64,000 bases of DNA from Vicugna vicugna (taxonomy: Eukaryota), in contig MU061579.1 in the NCBI GenBank assembly GCA_013265495.1, forward strand, positions 3,469,319 to 3,533,318, given 5' to 3'. A program made the position numbers and the translations under genes. Below the pieces are notes generated by a model. That model was not told the DNA's origin. It did no database searches and saw nothing but the letters and a program-made list of their open reading frames with translations. Shown here in pieces: positions 1-14,043 of the stretch. Within the stretch, counting starts at the first letter, position 1; each line of letters opens with the position of its first letter.

Positions 1-179
1 GAACCAGAACAGGGTAACTGAACCAAGCACCATGATTGATAGGTTAGCCTATGACTGGGGGACAGCCGGCTACATAATGCTGTGCCCAAACTGAGACAAT
101 CTGGTTTAACTGAATTCTCCTTCAACTCTTTTAATGAGGGATTAGAGAGTGCTGTTTAATGCAAATAGTCTCACTTTTT

Positions 180-740
180 TTTTTTAAGTGAACTCCCTAC
201 TGAAGTGTAACATATACGGAAAATCACATGAGTCATATGTTTGCAGCTTGATAAATTTACACAGTAAACCAACTTAAGTTACCACCACCAAATTATAAAA
301 CGGAATAGTCTCAACCCAAGAAGCCCCTTTATGATCTTACCCAGCCACTTACAACTCACTAAGGAAACCACTACCTTTACCTCAAACACCAGAGGCTACT
401 TTTCTGTTCCTAAAGGTCTTTTTTTCTTAATAAATTAAATCATACATGATTGACCTAACATCTCTTTCTTAATATGCTGCTTGTGAGAGTCATCCATATT
501 GTTGGGTGTATCAATGGTATGTATTTTTGTCTTTGATTTATAACATTTCATTTTATGGATATTCCTGAGGTAATGCTTGATATTCTGATGGATTTATAAT
601 ATATTTGTAGTTTTGGTATTTACATACTACTGTTATAAAAATTCTAATACATACCACTGGTAAATAGTCTGGGCATACAAGTGTGATTAGAATTCCTAGT
701 TCATATGTTATATATACCTATTCAGCCAGAGTAGTCACTG
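180..740 (-). mobile_element. Old L1 (L1MC/L1ME-like) 3' end fragment
   Basis: T-run at ~175-184, followed by 'tgaagtgtaacatatacggaaaatcaca...' and 'catccatattgttgggtgtatcaatggt', which resemble an antisense old L1 3'UTR. Confidence 0.6.
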
Positions 741-742
741 CT

Positions 743-1152
743 TGTATTGGTTTTGTATTGCTGTGGTAACAAATTACTTCAAACTTAGTGGTGTAAGATA
801 CCACAAAACTGTTCTGTCGGAGTTCTGGAGGTCAAAACGCTAAAATCAAGGCTATAAGGCTGCTTCTGAAGGTTTCAAGGAAGAATTATGTTCCGGCCTT
901 TTCCAGCTTCTAGAGGCTGCCTGCATTCCTTGACTCCCTTCTTCATATAACTCCAACATCTTACACCTATCACATCCTCTTCTACTAACTATGACCTCCC
1001 CCCAACTCAGCCTTCCTCTTATAAAGGCCTTTATGGTGACATTAGGCCTACCAGATGAAGCCCTAAACTTAATCATATCTGGAAAGTCCCATGTCCCATG
1101 ACATATCAAAGGTTCTGGGAATTAGGACTTGGGCATTATTCTGCCAGCCACA
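743..1152 (-). mobile_element. MaLR solo LTR (MLT1, C/D-like)
   Basis: TG...CA ends (tgtattgg...ctgccagccaca) and MLT1 core 'ttttccagcttctagaggctgcctgcattccttg'; ORF 852-1109 is a by-product. Confidence 0.85.
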
Positions 1153-2699
1153 ATAATGAAGAAAAGATGAGTTGGAGTCCATAATTTTAGGTCCCAATGG
1201 TTTTGAAAACTGTTAAGATATGAGCATTATAAGCAATGCTTTGTTGTGGCCTGGGCTGCCACTGCTCTTGTTCTGGAACACAAAATGGTGGGAGTCATTG
1301 GAAACCATCTTAGAATTTTTCTGCCACAATGTTTGCATATGTAATATGTGTGAGTTTTAGTTATACAGTGATCTAGCTGTCTTTAGTTGGTCTCACAAAT
1401 TTCTTAGGATGACTGACTTATTTAATATCCCACGAACTAAAAAAATATAAATTAAGACCAAGTTGCATAGGTAAAAACTATCAGATTAAGCCACTTTTCA
1501 GAAATAATGTATTAGTAGATGTAAAACTCCAAAGTGTAAAAATACCTTTTCATGGCTACATTTACTATAAAACTCTCTTTTATAAATATTTTATAGCCAC
1601 AATAAACTTATATTTCAAAGAAATTAATCAATATATATGGCCTTGGGAAACCCTGAGGGGAAAAAAAAAGAAAATGTATTTAAAATATAACAAAGCTTAA
1701 GCTGATTTTTTAAATGAAAGTTTGATCTTTATAATAAAGTGGTTTTTGCCCTATTAATATGTTTAACATACTTAAAAACCTACCTTAGAGTCAATAAATA
1801 ATTCTATATGGGCTAACAAGTCATTTAATTTTACTTTGTCTCTTAATTTGATTTACTTTAGTTCTTTTTAGTGAATTGTACTCTAGGTTAAAGGTATTCT
1901 TTTCAGTTGTTAGTATATACAATCAGAAGAGACAAATGGAGGGCATTTTGAAGGTATTTGTTATATTAAATCATATGTATTTCATTTTTAGTAAAAGTTA
2001 ATACGTGTTTTAATATCACCTTGTAGAACATTACTTTATAACCAACTTAATTTTGACAAAACAAATTCTTTGTATATTTGAAAACTAGAATACAATTGTG
2101 GTTATCCATTTCATTAGCTATATTTGACTGAATAAAATTCCTGTCTCTGAGAATTACTGTGTCTTTAGGAACTCATTCTTACTGTTTTATTCAAAGAAGG
2201 AGGCATGCCTTGCTTTGAGCTTCTGGCTTACTACCAAAAAGAATATATTCATATTCTTTCAGTTCTAAATCTGTAGTAAAAGATGTCAAAATGAGCTCTC
2301 AAGCAATTATATAGTAAAGTTATCTCATATTTTAGTACATGAATTACCAAATTAAAATGTGGTATTGACCTAATATTTTAGACACTTTTACTTAGTGAAT
2401 CCAATTAGCAAATTCAAGAAATTACTGTCAATTTTTAGATAAAAATTATTATGCTTTATTTAATCTTTACGGAGTACTGATATAACAAAGATTATTTAAT
2501 ACCTATTTCTGTGCACTTCCCCAAATGTTAGTTCTAACTGGGAAAAAACACTTTATCATCAATTTATCTTGAACAAGAACTTTTGCAATTCTTATACTAA
2601 AAGATTCTGGGATAAACTGAACCAAGTTTTGGAAGACAGTATCACCAACATACACCAATATTCATTTTATCTTCTCTTCTATGCACAAAGAAGTCTACA

Positions 2700-2917
2700 C
2701 TGGTTTCCACTTTTAGTATGGCTGAGTAAGTTCGAAATAGGCCAACACTCTTGCAAATAACTATAAACTTTATATTACACACAACAAACTATCTAAAGAC
2801 TTTGAAATGTGAACAAAAGTACGTAGATTCTGGGAGGAAGGAAAATCTTGGATGGACAGTATGTGATATACTCCACCACCACCACTCCCTTTTTTCTTTC
2901 TTCTGTTTTTAATTAAC

Positions 2918-2956
<39 letters not shown>

Positions 2957-4830
2957 ATTAATTATTTATTATTATTTGCTATGCCTGTGGGCATGCTGCG
3001 GTCATCTTTTATTGGCTGGTTACAGCTTGATGACTCACAGTCTTCTGGGATTTAAAGGCAAGAGGACAGAGATTACGACAACTACCACCAAAAGTATGTA
3101 GGATAAAAATAGTAGAAAATGGAGAGCCAGAGAGAGGAGCCAAACTTTTATATATAAATACTGTATAAACCTCTGTCTGACCCAGCGCCATCATGCATGA
3201 AAAGACTATTAACAACACAGCTCAAGGGAAAAAAAAAAAAAAAGACACTTAACTGAGATATGAGCTCCTGTACAAGACAGAATTTTCAGTTTGTATACAA
3301 CCAAGCTAATAGCCAGTTAAAACCACAATATCAACACTCATGGGAGAAACTGAGTATGATCTAAACTTTACATAACATTTTGTGTACAATCCAAAATTAC
3401 TCGACAAATAAGATCTAGGGGAATGTAGCCCATTCCTAAGAGAAAATAAAATCAATAAAAATCAATCTTGATATTTTGGAATTATCAGAGAAAGACTTTT
3501 AAAAACAGCTGTTATAATGATGCTAAATGGAATATTGCTAAATGGAATAAAGGAAAATATGCTGGTAATGAATAAGGAGATAGGGAATAGCACAGAAATC
3601 ATACTTTAAAAATTAGCAGGAAAGGAATTCTAGAACTGGAAAACATAATACCAGACCTTTAAACATTACTAGATAGGCTTAATAGCAGAATGGAGATGTC
3701 AGTAAAAAGAATTAGCAAACTTGAAGATAGTTAAATATAAATTATACTATGTGAAAATAAAGATAATAAGATATTAAAAAAAATGAAGAGCCACGGTAAT
3801 CTGTGGGACAATATCAGTAAGTCCAACATGTATGTAATTAGATTTCCACAGAGAGAAAGAAGAAAAAAAGAGTATCAGAAATTACAACCCCAAATTATCA
3901 CAGTTTTGTGAAAGATATCATCTATATATTGAAGAAGCTCAGCAGATTCCATGAAAGGTAAATATAAAGAAAACCATGCTTAGTCTCATTACAGACAAAA
4001 TACTTGAAACCAAAGATAAATAAAATGTCTTGATATTAATCAGAGGAAAATAAGCTTATATACAAGGCAACCACAATTCTAACGACTGTTAATTTCTCAC
4101 TGATAACAATAGAGACCAGAAAATATACATCTTTAAAATATTCAAAAAAATAAAATTTTAAAGTCAAAAATTTTATATCCAGCAAAAAAAAATCCTTCAG
4201 TAATGGAAATAGACACATTTTGAGGTAAACAAAAATTAGAAAATTTGTGGCCAGGAGACCTGCAATACAAGAAATACTAAAGATGGTTTCTTAGACCGAA
4301 AGGAAATGGTACCAAGGAGAAATTTTAGTACTCATAAAGGAATAAATATATTAGCTCTGAAAAATATCTAGTAAATTAAAAATTAAAATTTCCTCTGCAT
4401 TTCATTATACCTATATCCTATAAAACAAAAATATTTTTATTGAGCTTATTTACATTATATCTAAAGCATAAAGGATGAAATGAAATGGGGATGGGGATGC
4501 TAAATTGGCCTATATGTTTTCAAATTTACTTACTGAATTCTAAGAAGACTGGGAAAATTTTAGAATATATATTTTAATTTCAAGATAAATTACTGAAAAA
4601 TAACAAAGAGGTACAGCTATAAAGTCAATAAATGAAGTGTACTTTCAAAAATATTCAAATAACCCAAAAAAAGGAAGAAAAGAAGAAACAAACAAAAAAC
4701 AGGAAACAAATGAACTGGAAGATAAATAAATCAAGCAATTTCTATAATTAAATTAATGTTATTAGATTTCATATACTAACTGAAAAAAATAATTTTTCAG
4801 AACAGATGAAAAACCAAAACATCTATATTT
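2700..4830 (+). mobile_element. Ancient L1: 5' region, decayed ORF1, spacer and start of ORF2
   Basis: ORF1-like 'agataggcttaatagcagaatggag...aaacttgaagatag', 'gaagaagctcagcagattcc', 'agacctgcaatacaagaaatactaaa'; ORF2 start-like sequence at ~4740-4830. Confidence 0.7.
2918..2976. repeat. Imperfect (ATT)n microsatellite
   Basis: ttattattattatt... run seen directly. Confidence 0.9.
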
Positions 4831-5156
4831 TCAGCCCCACTTTAAGTTGTGCAAAATTATGGGAAATACTGGTCAATAAAATGTGAGCAGGAAGGATGTA
4901 GATCATTCTGAGCTCAGGCAGTAAAATGCTCAATTATCTATGCATTTGCTTTTCCTGGAAAGGTAATATGAAGGGTACCCAAGGAGGAAATGGAGTTGCT
5001 CAATTTGAAGTGCTGAGTCTTTAACGGGAGGAATTGCCCTAGAGAATTGCTGGGATCCAGAGAAGAATTTATAACACCCAACACCAAGAAATAACCATTT
5101 GTTTTGTTAACATTATTTATGTTTGTTAGCATAGCTAGCCTGGCTTATTCTAATCA
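4830..5156 (+). mobile_element. Old MaLR LTR fragment (MLT1I/J-like)
   Basis: 'ctggtcaataaaatgtgagcaggaag' and terminal 'tttgttagcatagctagcctggcttattctaatca'. Confidence 0.45.
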
Positions 5157-7611
5157 AGAGAAACCCAAGTTGCCCCATTGCATAGAAATTTATGACAACA
5201 TTGTTAAAATGATACATGATTATTTATCATGAATTTATCAATTAAAATTACTTGCATTATGAGATGACTAATTTTTGATACATACACAATTTTGATAGGA
5301 GTAAAATCTAAAGAACATATGACATCAAAAATACTAAAATATACTTATTGCACAGTTTTTAAAGGTTTGCTGTATTACAAAGAAATAGAGACAATAATAA
5401 CATAAAAAAATTAAGTTTTCATTTATGTGTATATGTTAGATTTTTATGTGCATTATTGGGTCAAATCCATCCATCTACAAATATTTAAAACCTCAATTTT
5501 TACAGTTGAAAATTAGATGCATCTTTCTGAAGGATATTTTTTTAATGATAAACCCTTAAAGTGGTAATTTAAATACTGGATAAAAAAGTTAGATTGTTGA
5601 AGAAGCATGAAGTAGGAGCCATACTGGTTATGATTTATTTAAAACTATAAATATTAAGTATAGTAATTAAAATAGATTAAATAAAATATAACAGAGATAG
5701 ATGTAAGCTAAATATCAAACTAGATTTCAAAAAAGTACACCCTATATATTGATATTATAAAAATGTTTTTAAAAGAATAATGGGAAAGATAAAAAGAAAT
5801 AATAGAGAGAATATAGTATTGCTCCATAAAGAAATTAGAAGTTGAGACAAAGTAAAACTAAAAGAATGGAAACCTTAATCTATAATGATTTATTTATTAT
5901 ATAAATTCAAATAATATCTTGCACAAAATGAATACCAAATAATCTAATGAGATTTTAAAAATTAAAATTAAAATATGGAAATGGAGAAAGAAACTTCTTG
6001 TTTAATTTTTTTCTTTAATATTTCTGGATTTCTTATTTATTGGTTTATTAAATAAAAATATGCAAAAAATAGCTAATTAAATTTCTGTAAAGTATTTTTA
6101 AACAAACGTCTTAAAATTGTTAATCCCTTAAACAATTAAAATTTTATAAGTATAGGTCTAAAATTGGAATAATATGGAATATTTATAATGTGAAAATTAT
6201 GCCTTAAAGGGACTAATACAATAGGAAGCAATGCCCTCCCTTTTTCTATTAATTCTTTGCAAAAATTGTCTTATTTTACTATATCTGATGCTTATATTTA
6301 TTAATATAATTTGTGTTCTTTCCCTTAAATTTCTATTTGCATTTCCCCCTCTTCAATGAATTAGATTATCCTCAATAGCCTGAGACTTCACTGTCCAAGG
6401 AACAAATAATGTGTACAGCAGGTGACTTTGTGCACGTTTTAGGAGTCTAACCAGGGAAAATGTTACTTATTAATATCAAACACTAACCACTTCGAAAAGT
6501 GACTAATGCATAGTGTATTTGTGATTAATTCACTTCTCCCACATGTCTGCTTGGCCAAAAGGGTGAAGAATTTGATGTTCAAAATACGCTAGTCTAGCAT
6601 TTTAAAATTATTCTTCTTGGTTGTTGATGTTTCACGGTATTCTTGTTCTCAGTAATTCAATTTTTCCTGCTTGATAAAATGTTCGAAGTTTCCAATAGTC
6701 CATGTCATTACATTGTTTGGTGTTCACAGTGAATGGTGACCTTGATCACTGCTTTTCTTTGTGTATTTCCAATAAAAGGGCTCATGAGCCACAAGATACT
6801 TTAGCAACAGTGATATCTCCTAAAATAGATCTGACATTGTCATTAGTCATTCGAAGAAGCCTGAGCTGTTAACCTACTTTGTCTTTTCACTGGACATCAA
6901 ATGCTGAAGTTTACAAGGAAAAATTTCTTTTCCTCTCAATCAGATGTCTGTCTTCCATTTTAAGGAGCATTCAATACAGCACTGAAAATGTAATTCTGGA
7001 ATAATTAGTCACTTTCTTTTCTCTTTATTTCTTTACACTATTTAGTCTCTCAATTTGAAACAAATCCAAAATTTTCTTAGAATTTTGATTGCTTTTCTTT
7101 CATAAGATTACATACCATTCAAAATGTTCAAAGAGTTAAAAGAAACAAAAATATTAAAGGCAACCATAGTGTCTTTTCCTCCTGTTGTTCTTATCCAAAG
7201 CCAAAATATGATTTCTGTTTCCTGTGCTGTCATTTCATCACATTTCAATGTCAGAAACACTGTTAAATGAAATCAAACATGCTTCCTGTTTTTGAACCTG
7301 ATTCTGATAAAGCTGCTGAATTTGTAATAAGGTAACACAAAGACCTCAAAACTTAAAATCCATAAATCCTAGCAGCTTAATAAAGAATGTCTGGTCAGTG
7401 GGTTTGTATTCTCTGACAGTAAGGATGACTCTGATGGTCCCAGTGGCAATATACTCTGGTATGATGTCTTCTGTTAACATGGAAACAGAGACAAAAGCCC
7501 AAAAAACAGGAGGGGGTATATTTTTAGCCTCAAACTCAGATTTACACTTATTTATAGTTTGGGATATTGCATGTATAGTACTACATAACTGACCTGCTCT
7601 GGTATATATGT

Positions 7612-7921
7612 TTTAGGAGATGAAAAATTTTACTCTACCATTCTAGTTTCTTTTTGGCTGGTCAAAAAATTTAATTGATATAAAACAGATCAACAGTAGA
7701 AAACTAATTTAATTTTGTACATTCGGGAATGTCAAAGACATAAGGTGCAAAGAAGTGACTAAAGCAGACAGCTTTTTATGCCTTTCAGAAAAAGAAAGAA
7801 TTATTTGTACATAGTTGACCAAATAAAGAGGGTTTTGCTTGGAGTAGCAAAGTAATGAAGAAATGACAAAGTTTGTTTATACAGCTTTCTTGGCCTTGAA
7901 TTCCTTATCTCTGGTGATAAG
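7612..7921 (-). repeat. 3' LTR of the ERV1 provirus, lacking the start of U3
   Basis: Aligns to ~10238-10542, with 7 mismatches in the last 73 nt ending 'ctctggtgataag'; terminal TG mutated to TT on the + strand. Confidence 0.85.
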
Positions 7922-7934
7922 AAAAAATGTTCAT

Positions 7935-9200
7935 TCCAACTCTTTGTTGTTGGTATTTCTTTAAGCCATTTTCAAAGAACTGGATAGTCTTTATCATTGT
8001 GATATCTAGAGATTGATTAGCCCACCTAATCACATTATTTTGAATCTGCTTTTTTATATCAGGGAGGAAATTTTCGACTAAGGCAGAAATTAAAAGATTC
8101 CTATGTTCTAGAGCTGGATTTAATGCAGTGTGCCTTTGAAATGCCTGTATAAAATGTTTTACAAATATTTTTGGATGTTTTCTTTCTGGGTGTATGCATA
8201 ATTCAAATTTAGACCAATTAACTTTGTGGGAATAGCCCATAATATCATTCCTATCAAACCTTGATTATTAGCTTCTAACTTAGCCATTTTCTGGTCACTT
8301 GAAGAGGATCCTGGGACAGGTTCTAGCCATTTATTTTCTCTGTGAAAGGGGAGAGGGTCAAGGAACTGGCTTGTCTGATAACTACAACATAATCTTGGCT
8401 GGGAAGAATCTCCATTAGCAATCAAAGTCCCTATAAGTGTATTTATGCATGGCAATTAATATTTTTAATTTCTCTTTAAATTTGATAAGATATTTTAAAA
8501 ACGGACATAAAAGAGCTTTATAACATAAAAGATTTGCTGTTGTCCAAGGGACTTGAATTATTTGTGGTAGGGATCCTATCCAAATGACATTGCTTAGGAG
8601 TGTCTGAAATTGGCAGGGCAAGTTTATCAAGCCCTAAAATGTGGAAGGAGTTAAAAGGGACTGGAAAGAAAGCATATCACCTGTCCCAGGTGCCTCTGCT
8701 AAATTCATTTTCTGATATTCAGAAATTATGCAAGTAAACTGTATACCCCTGCCTTAGGGGTCAGGCTGGAGTGTCCCCCGTAAGCCTTGAGATTTTCTAG
8801 GGAAGTTGGAGGAGCTTTAGGAGTTAGGAGAACTGGCAAGAAGATGGTGTTGGGTTTTGAGGAGGGGATTAGATCATTGGCCTATAGATCCAAAAGATCT
8901 TCTGGTGAGTCAGGTTAAGGAAGTTTGGAATAAGGGGTGTATAAGAGGAAGCATGAGGGGGATTTATAGGAGATTTGGTTTTTACTTTTTTTTCTATGTT
9001 TTAATTCCTTTCCATTCTTTCTTCTTATTTACAAAGTCCGTAAAAGCAGCTGCTATGTTTCTTCATGTTCTCTTTTCAATTTTCTCTTTTCCATAGATAT
9101 CAATAAATCAACTATTTAAAATAAAAGCTCTCTAAAAATTTCTCCATTTTTAAGTTTTTCCAACTCGAAGACTCCATTGCATGTCCATTGATGAATAAGA
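7935..9200 (-). pseudogene. gag: Decayed ERV1 gag (matrix, Pro-rich region, capsid with major-homology region)
   Basis: QWTCNGVFELEKL at 9190-9152 (matrix WPxxGxFxL-like); VPWTTANL in ORF 8415-8630; KVNWSKF...HPKIFVKHFIQAFQRHTALNP in ORF 7905-8240; frameshifted. Confidence 0.75.
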
Positions 9201-10217
9201 GCTTCTTAATAGAGACTCAAAACAGAAACTGTTTTTTGTGGCTTACCCATGGATGTAAGAGGCATTCCCAAACGGAACACAAAAGATGTGGCCCTCATAA
9301 GAGCCAGAAAGTTTATTCCCAAAGGTATTCTAAAACATCAAAGACCTTCATTGCATATGTGGTAAGAATGATGCAATGAAAATGTTGTCTCTAGTTTCCT
9401 ACAAGAACATGAGGTCCCTTAAGGTACAGATGTATTAATCTGTGAAACTGGGCAGGCGTCACTGGAATGGAACTGTTCAATCACTAACAAAGCAACAAAG
9501 GTGGAGATGACAAGGCCCCTTATGATCTGGGATCCATTATGACAATTTCCCCTCAGAGCTGGCTTGGCCTAAGAGAGAAAGTGCTACTTGTGACTTTGTG
9601 TCTTGGAACCTCAGTCTATTTGGCCACCAGGATGCAGAAAATTAAGTATATTATCTAGACAGCAGATACCAGGGAGAATATTCTCACTGGTCATAAAACT
9701 CTCAGGACATGCGAAAAGAAAAGCCCTCATCCTGTTTATGTCAGGGAACACAGCAAGTTTCATCTCAATAGACAGTTCTGGTGAGAACCATGACTCACCA
9801 GTTTATGAAGCCCGCTGGAACAGCAGGGTATGGGGCTTATGCCTGTATTGTACCCTATGTTTTGTTGTGTTTTTTTTTTTCTCCTTATGACAAATGACAA
9901 CATAAATAGTGACAAAGAAACAAAGTGATCATTTCTGGGAGGAAAAATACCAATAAAAACCAAGTGAACTCATGCCAATTTTTTACTAGAAGCTATACCC
10001 AAGAAACTAATCCCATAAATATTTTCTCTTCCTAATCTAAATTTAGACAAGGAAGGAACAAGAAAATTGTACCTTCCTCTTTTGACCACGCATACAGAGA
10101 GATCTGGGAGAGTTAACTTTGGCAAGAATTCTAACCTTCTGTTGGAGCTTGTCAGGAGTCCCAGAATCTCTCAACTGCAGCAGCCCTGGAGGAAGCAGTG
10201 TCCAGCCAATGAGGTTT

Positions 10218-10235
10218 ATCCTGCTGACTACGCCA
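10218..10235 (-). promoter_or_regulatory. Primer-binding site, tRNA-Ser(AGA-type)
   Basis: + strand atcctgctgactacgcca vs recalled tRNA-Ser 3' end ATCCTGCCGACTACGCCA (17/18). Confidence 0.85.
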
Positions 10236-10237
10236 GC

Positions 10238-10726
10238 TGTAGGGTAGGAAACATTTTCCTGTATCTTTATATTTTTAGCTGGACTAATAATTAAATTGAC
10301 ATAAGACAGATCAACAGGAGAAAACAAACTTAATTTTGTACATACAGGAACCCCAAAGATAAGAAAGCTCAAAGAAGTGACAAACGCAGGCAGCTTTTAT
10401 ACCTTTTAGACAAAGAAATAATTATTTGTGAACACTTGAAAAAACAAAGGGGTTTTTGCCTGGGGAAGCAAAGTAATGAAGAAATAACAAAGTTTGTTTG
10501 TACAGCATTCTTAGCCTTGAATTCCCTACCTCTGGCGATAAGGACGCCTCCTAACCTCCAGCATACGCAGGATGCCTTCACATGGGAGATTTAATTCCTG
10601 CTTCTGGGGGACAGAGGACAGTCAGAGTGTTGTTCTTGCACCAGTTATTTCTTAAGTAACTTGAACTCAAAATAATCTATATCACAAAGTGACATAAATT
10701 GGGGGAGCCTGTCCTAAACCCTATCA
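10238..10726 (-). repeat. 5' LTR of the ERV1 provirus (489 bp)
   Basis: Minus strand reads TGATAGGG...CCCTACA; PBS follows after 2 nt; homologous to 7612-7921. Confidence 0.9.
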
Positions 10727-13700
10727 ATGTTCAATTGAATGAAACAAAACTATGCAAAAAGAATTAAAACACATCAATTTCAGAAGTGAGATGAGTCTGA
10801 ACATGTTGCTCTGTTCAAAAAAAAAAGAAAAGAAAATTATTTTTGCTTAATTTGCATAATGGCTATAGCCTGTGTTAGATCTGATTGAATACTTACAGCA
10901 AGATTACGGTCCCTAAACAGACTAATTCTGTGAAATAAGTCAATACAATGAGATATTTGCCATCATGTAAATTTATATAGAAGTTGACTATATTGTTTAA
11001 TGGTTGGTTGTTTTCAACTGTTCAATGGTTTATATTGACATTATATAAAAATAGACCTCTAAGACCATATAAGAGGATTCAAGACAAATTTGAAGAACAC
11101 ACAAATATTACAACAATTCAATTAATATGTTATAGTTAACAGTATTCTCATTAATTATATATAATTTACTGGCATTCAGCAAACACTGCTCCAATATCAA
11201 AAGCCACTTTTTGGTACAGTTTCATGTTCTTACATCCTTAACTAAAAATTAAAATACATATTTGGTATAATTCAACCCTTCCTTCTTATCTTTTTATACA
11301 TTTCAATCAGAATGATTACAGATATTAGCACATGAAAAAGAACAGCATTAATACATGCACTGGAATCAACTGAAGACCATACATCTTGGGTTATTTATAA
11401 AAATGTCATGTAAGAGTATTTTGCCCATTAGTGCTGTCAAACTGTCTCAAAAATTACAGACACAGATTTCTTCTAGACTAGCTCTTCCACTTGAAAGTCA
11501 CCTAAAATATGTAAGTACTTTATGCGTTCTAATTTTGTTGACAAGTAAAAATTATTAAAGAGACATTTAAACATGTAATTATATTTTGCTTCCCCAATTT
11601 ATGCAAATATATCTATACTTTTTTTTTTATTTCCATAATTACAGAATAAACTTATTCTGTATCAAAGCTGGAGTCAAGCAGTCTATTAAGACAATCAGTG
11701 GAAACAGGTGAAGAGAGAAGTAGAGGGAACTTTGATCTATATAAAATTATACACTTCATTAGGAAAGGTACACATCCCCTAGAATACAACTTCAAATAAT
11801 CAGAAGCACTCAATGAAATCATACAACAGAAATAAATAGAATGATTCACTTTACTAAAATATTTATGTGAAATAAATATCATGTAAGTATATTGCAAATA
11901 AGAGAAAATGAATCTAGTTTAACTTTAAAAAAGTCTCTTTGGTTTACTATTTAGTTGTGAAATTCTGGAAGCTACCCAAATGGAAATGTTTAAAGAAGGA
12001 AGCAGTCTGATAGTATGCCATTAATGTCATAATGTCAAAAAAAAAAAAAATTGATCGGTAGTCTCACTACTGTGGGTCTGCATTTCTACATGAGAAAATT
12101 GGGAGCTGAGTGCTGGTTGCCTCATGTCACACTGGATAAGTTCTCTTCCATTTTTCACAGTCTCCACCACGTCTGATTTACTTACTTACATGCCCTCTTG
12201 TGCACAGAGGCTCAGAGTTTGCTACTACTGGAATAAACCATGGGATGTCAAAGAAATTTTGATTCTCAAAGATCTAAGAAGAAAACTCGGCAAGGATATT
12301 CTTTTTGTTTTTTCTGAAGAAAATGCCAAAACCACAATGAAAGTGGATGAGGCAAACCTCACCCAATATCAGGCACTGGAAGTAGCAGTGTAGTCAGTAA
12401 TTTCACTAACAATTATTTATTAAACCACCATTGCTATCAGACACTATAATAAGAAGAGCCTGCTGCTATCTGAATTAGCTCTAAATTGAAATCCCATTAA
12501 GCTTTTCAGAACTACCCATACTTGTAGACATGGTTCAAACTTACAAATTTGTTTAAAGTTTGAAATCAGTTAAAAAAGAAAGAAAAATCACATGTTTCAT
12601 CTATAAGGCAGCAGAAATCTGATTGGAAAACACAACTTAAATTAAAAATTTGCAAGCAACTTATTTGCTTCCATTGTTGAACAACCAGTTCTCTTTTCTG
12701 AGATTCTTGTTAGGTTTCATTGGGAATTAGTCATTGAAACCAGGGTTGATTTGCTCAAGAAGGAAAAAAAAAAAAAGAACATAGTGGACAAATATTGGGC
12801 ATATCTCTCTGGAAGTTAAACAGTTAAACAACCAAAACTGCTGAAAGAAGAAATTAGGTCTATGCTAATTTTAATATTGGGATGTTTAGCCACAAGAAAA
12901 TTTGCTTTAGTGTAACTTGACTCTGACAACTTTAATGTCCCTCTGAGTCTATATTTTAAAAGTCTTGGAAGAGAGAATTTTATCTGTCTGTTTTGGATCA
13001 GGTCAGAATCATTTCTGTTATGAGACTTGCTGGGACATACAGTATAGAAATGGCCACTGAGGTCTTGCTTCTTTAATTTAGGGCCTTTTACAGAGAAGGG
13101 GCCCCATTGTAAGACAGGCACCTAACTCAGGTCATATTTAGTGAAGATAATTTTCCTGCCTGCACCCACACATATTTTGGAGAGTTTGGGGGAGAGGGGA
13201 CAAAACAAAAGGTAATTTCTAATATTAATTTCAATAAATGTTCTACAGGTTAAAAATGCCCAGGTTTTATGCAATGACTATATTCTGAATATCAGAATTA
13301 TGTCATACACAAAATAAAAATGATTTATCTGAAAAAAATAGAATCAATTTTCCCCCAAAATCAGGTCATTAGGTAATGACAGATGTTAATTTCTGAGGAG
13401 ATATATGTTGAAAATATAGTCCCATAATACTACTAAACATAAACTGATTAACTTATAAGTATTATCCAATAGTTTTATTTTAGAAAAAAAATTATATACC
13501 AATTTAATTAGTAATTAAAACTGTACTACATTAAAAGTATAATTCAAAGTGACTCAAAAAGTACATGCTTTTTCTAATTAATCATTATATTCAATAATCT
13601 GATGAAATGTATTCCTTTTAATAGTCCAAATGGATCATTACTTATTAAAATCAATAGAAAATTAAATTGTATCCTTCACCATGTTGAATTCTTATTATAT

Positions 13701-14043
13701 CAGCATGGAAAAAAAAATCTAAGGTGAGTGTTTGTGTGTGTACACAAGTGCATGTGTGGTTGTGTGTATTTGTAGCTATTTAATGTGGTGGACCAGTGAC
13801 TCCAAGTTCTGATTTGCCATCTCAGTTTCCTATTGAGACTGAGTGCCTTGAGCATCCAAACTTAGTTTCTATGGAGCACATTTTGTTTCCAAACAGTCCT
13901 GTTCTGAAAGAAACCAACCCTCTTCTGAAAAAAAAAATTTCCCTCTCATTTTTATTCATTCATTGAAGATGGTACATAGCTTACTCTTTCCACCTTAAAT
14001 TATGGAATTATTTCATAAACTAAGTTTATTTAATGTTGTTTAA

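Larger units (their letters stand above)
7612..10726 (-). mobile_element. Class I (gamma-like/ERV1) provirus, internally deleted: 5'LTR-PBS-leader-gag-partial 3'LTR
   Basis: Two homologous LTRs, ATGT on both flanks (7608-7611 and 10727-10730), tRNA-Ser PBS, gag motifs; no pol or env seen. Confidence 0.9.

Noticed and set aside
2700..4830. HAL1 (ORF1-only) assignment
   Set aside because: ORF2-start-like sequence follows the spacer at ~4740-4830, favouring an ordinary L1
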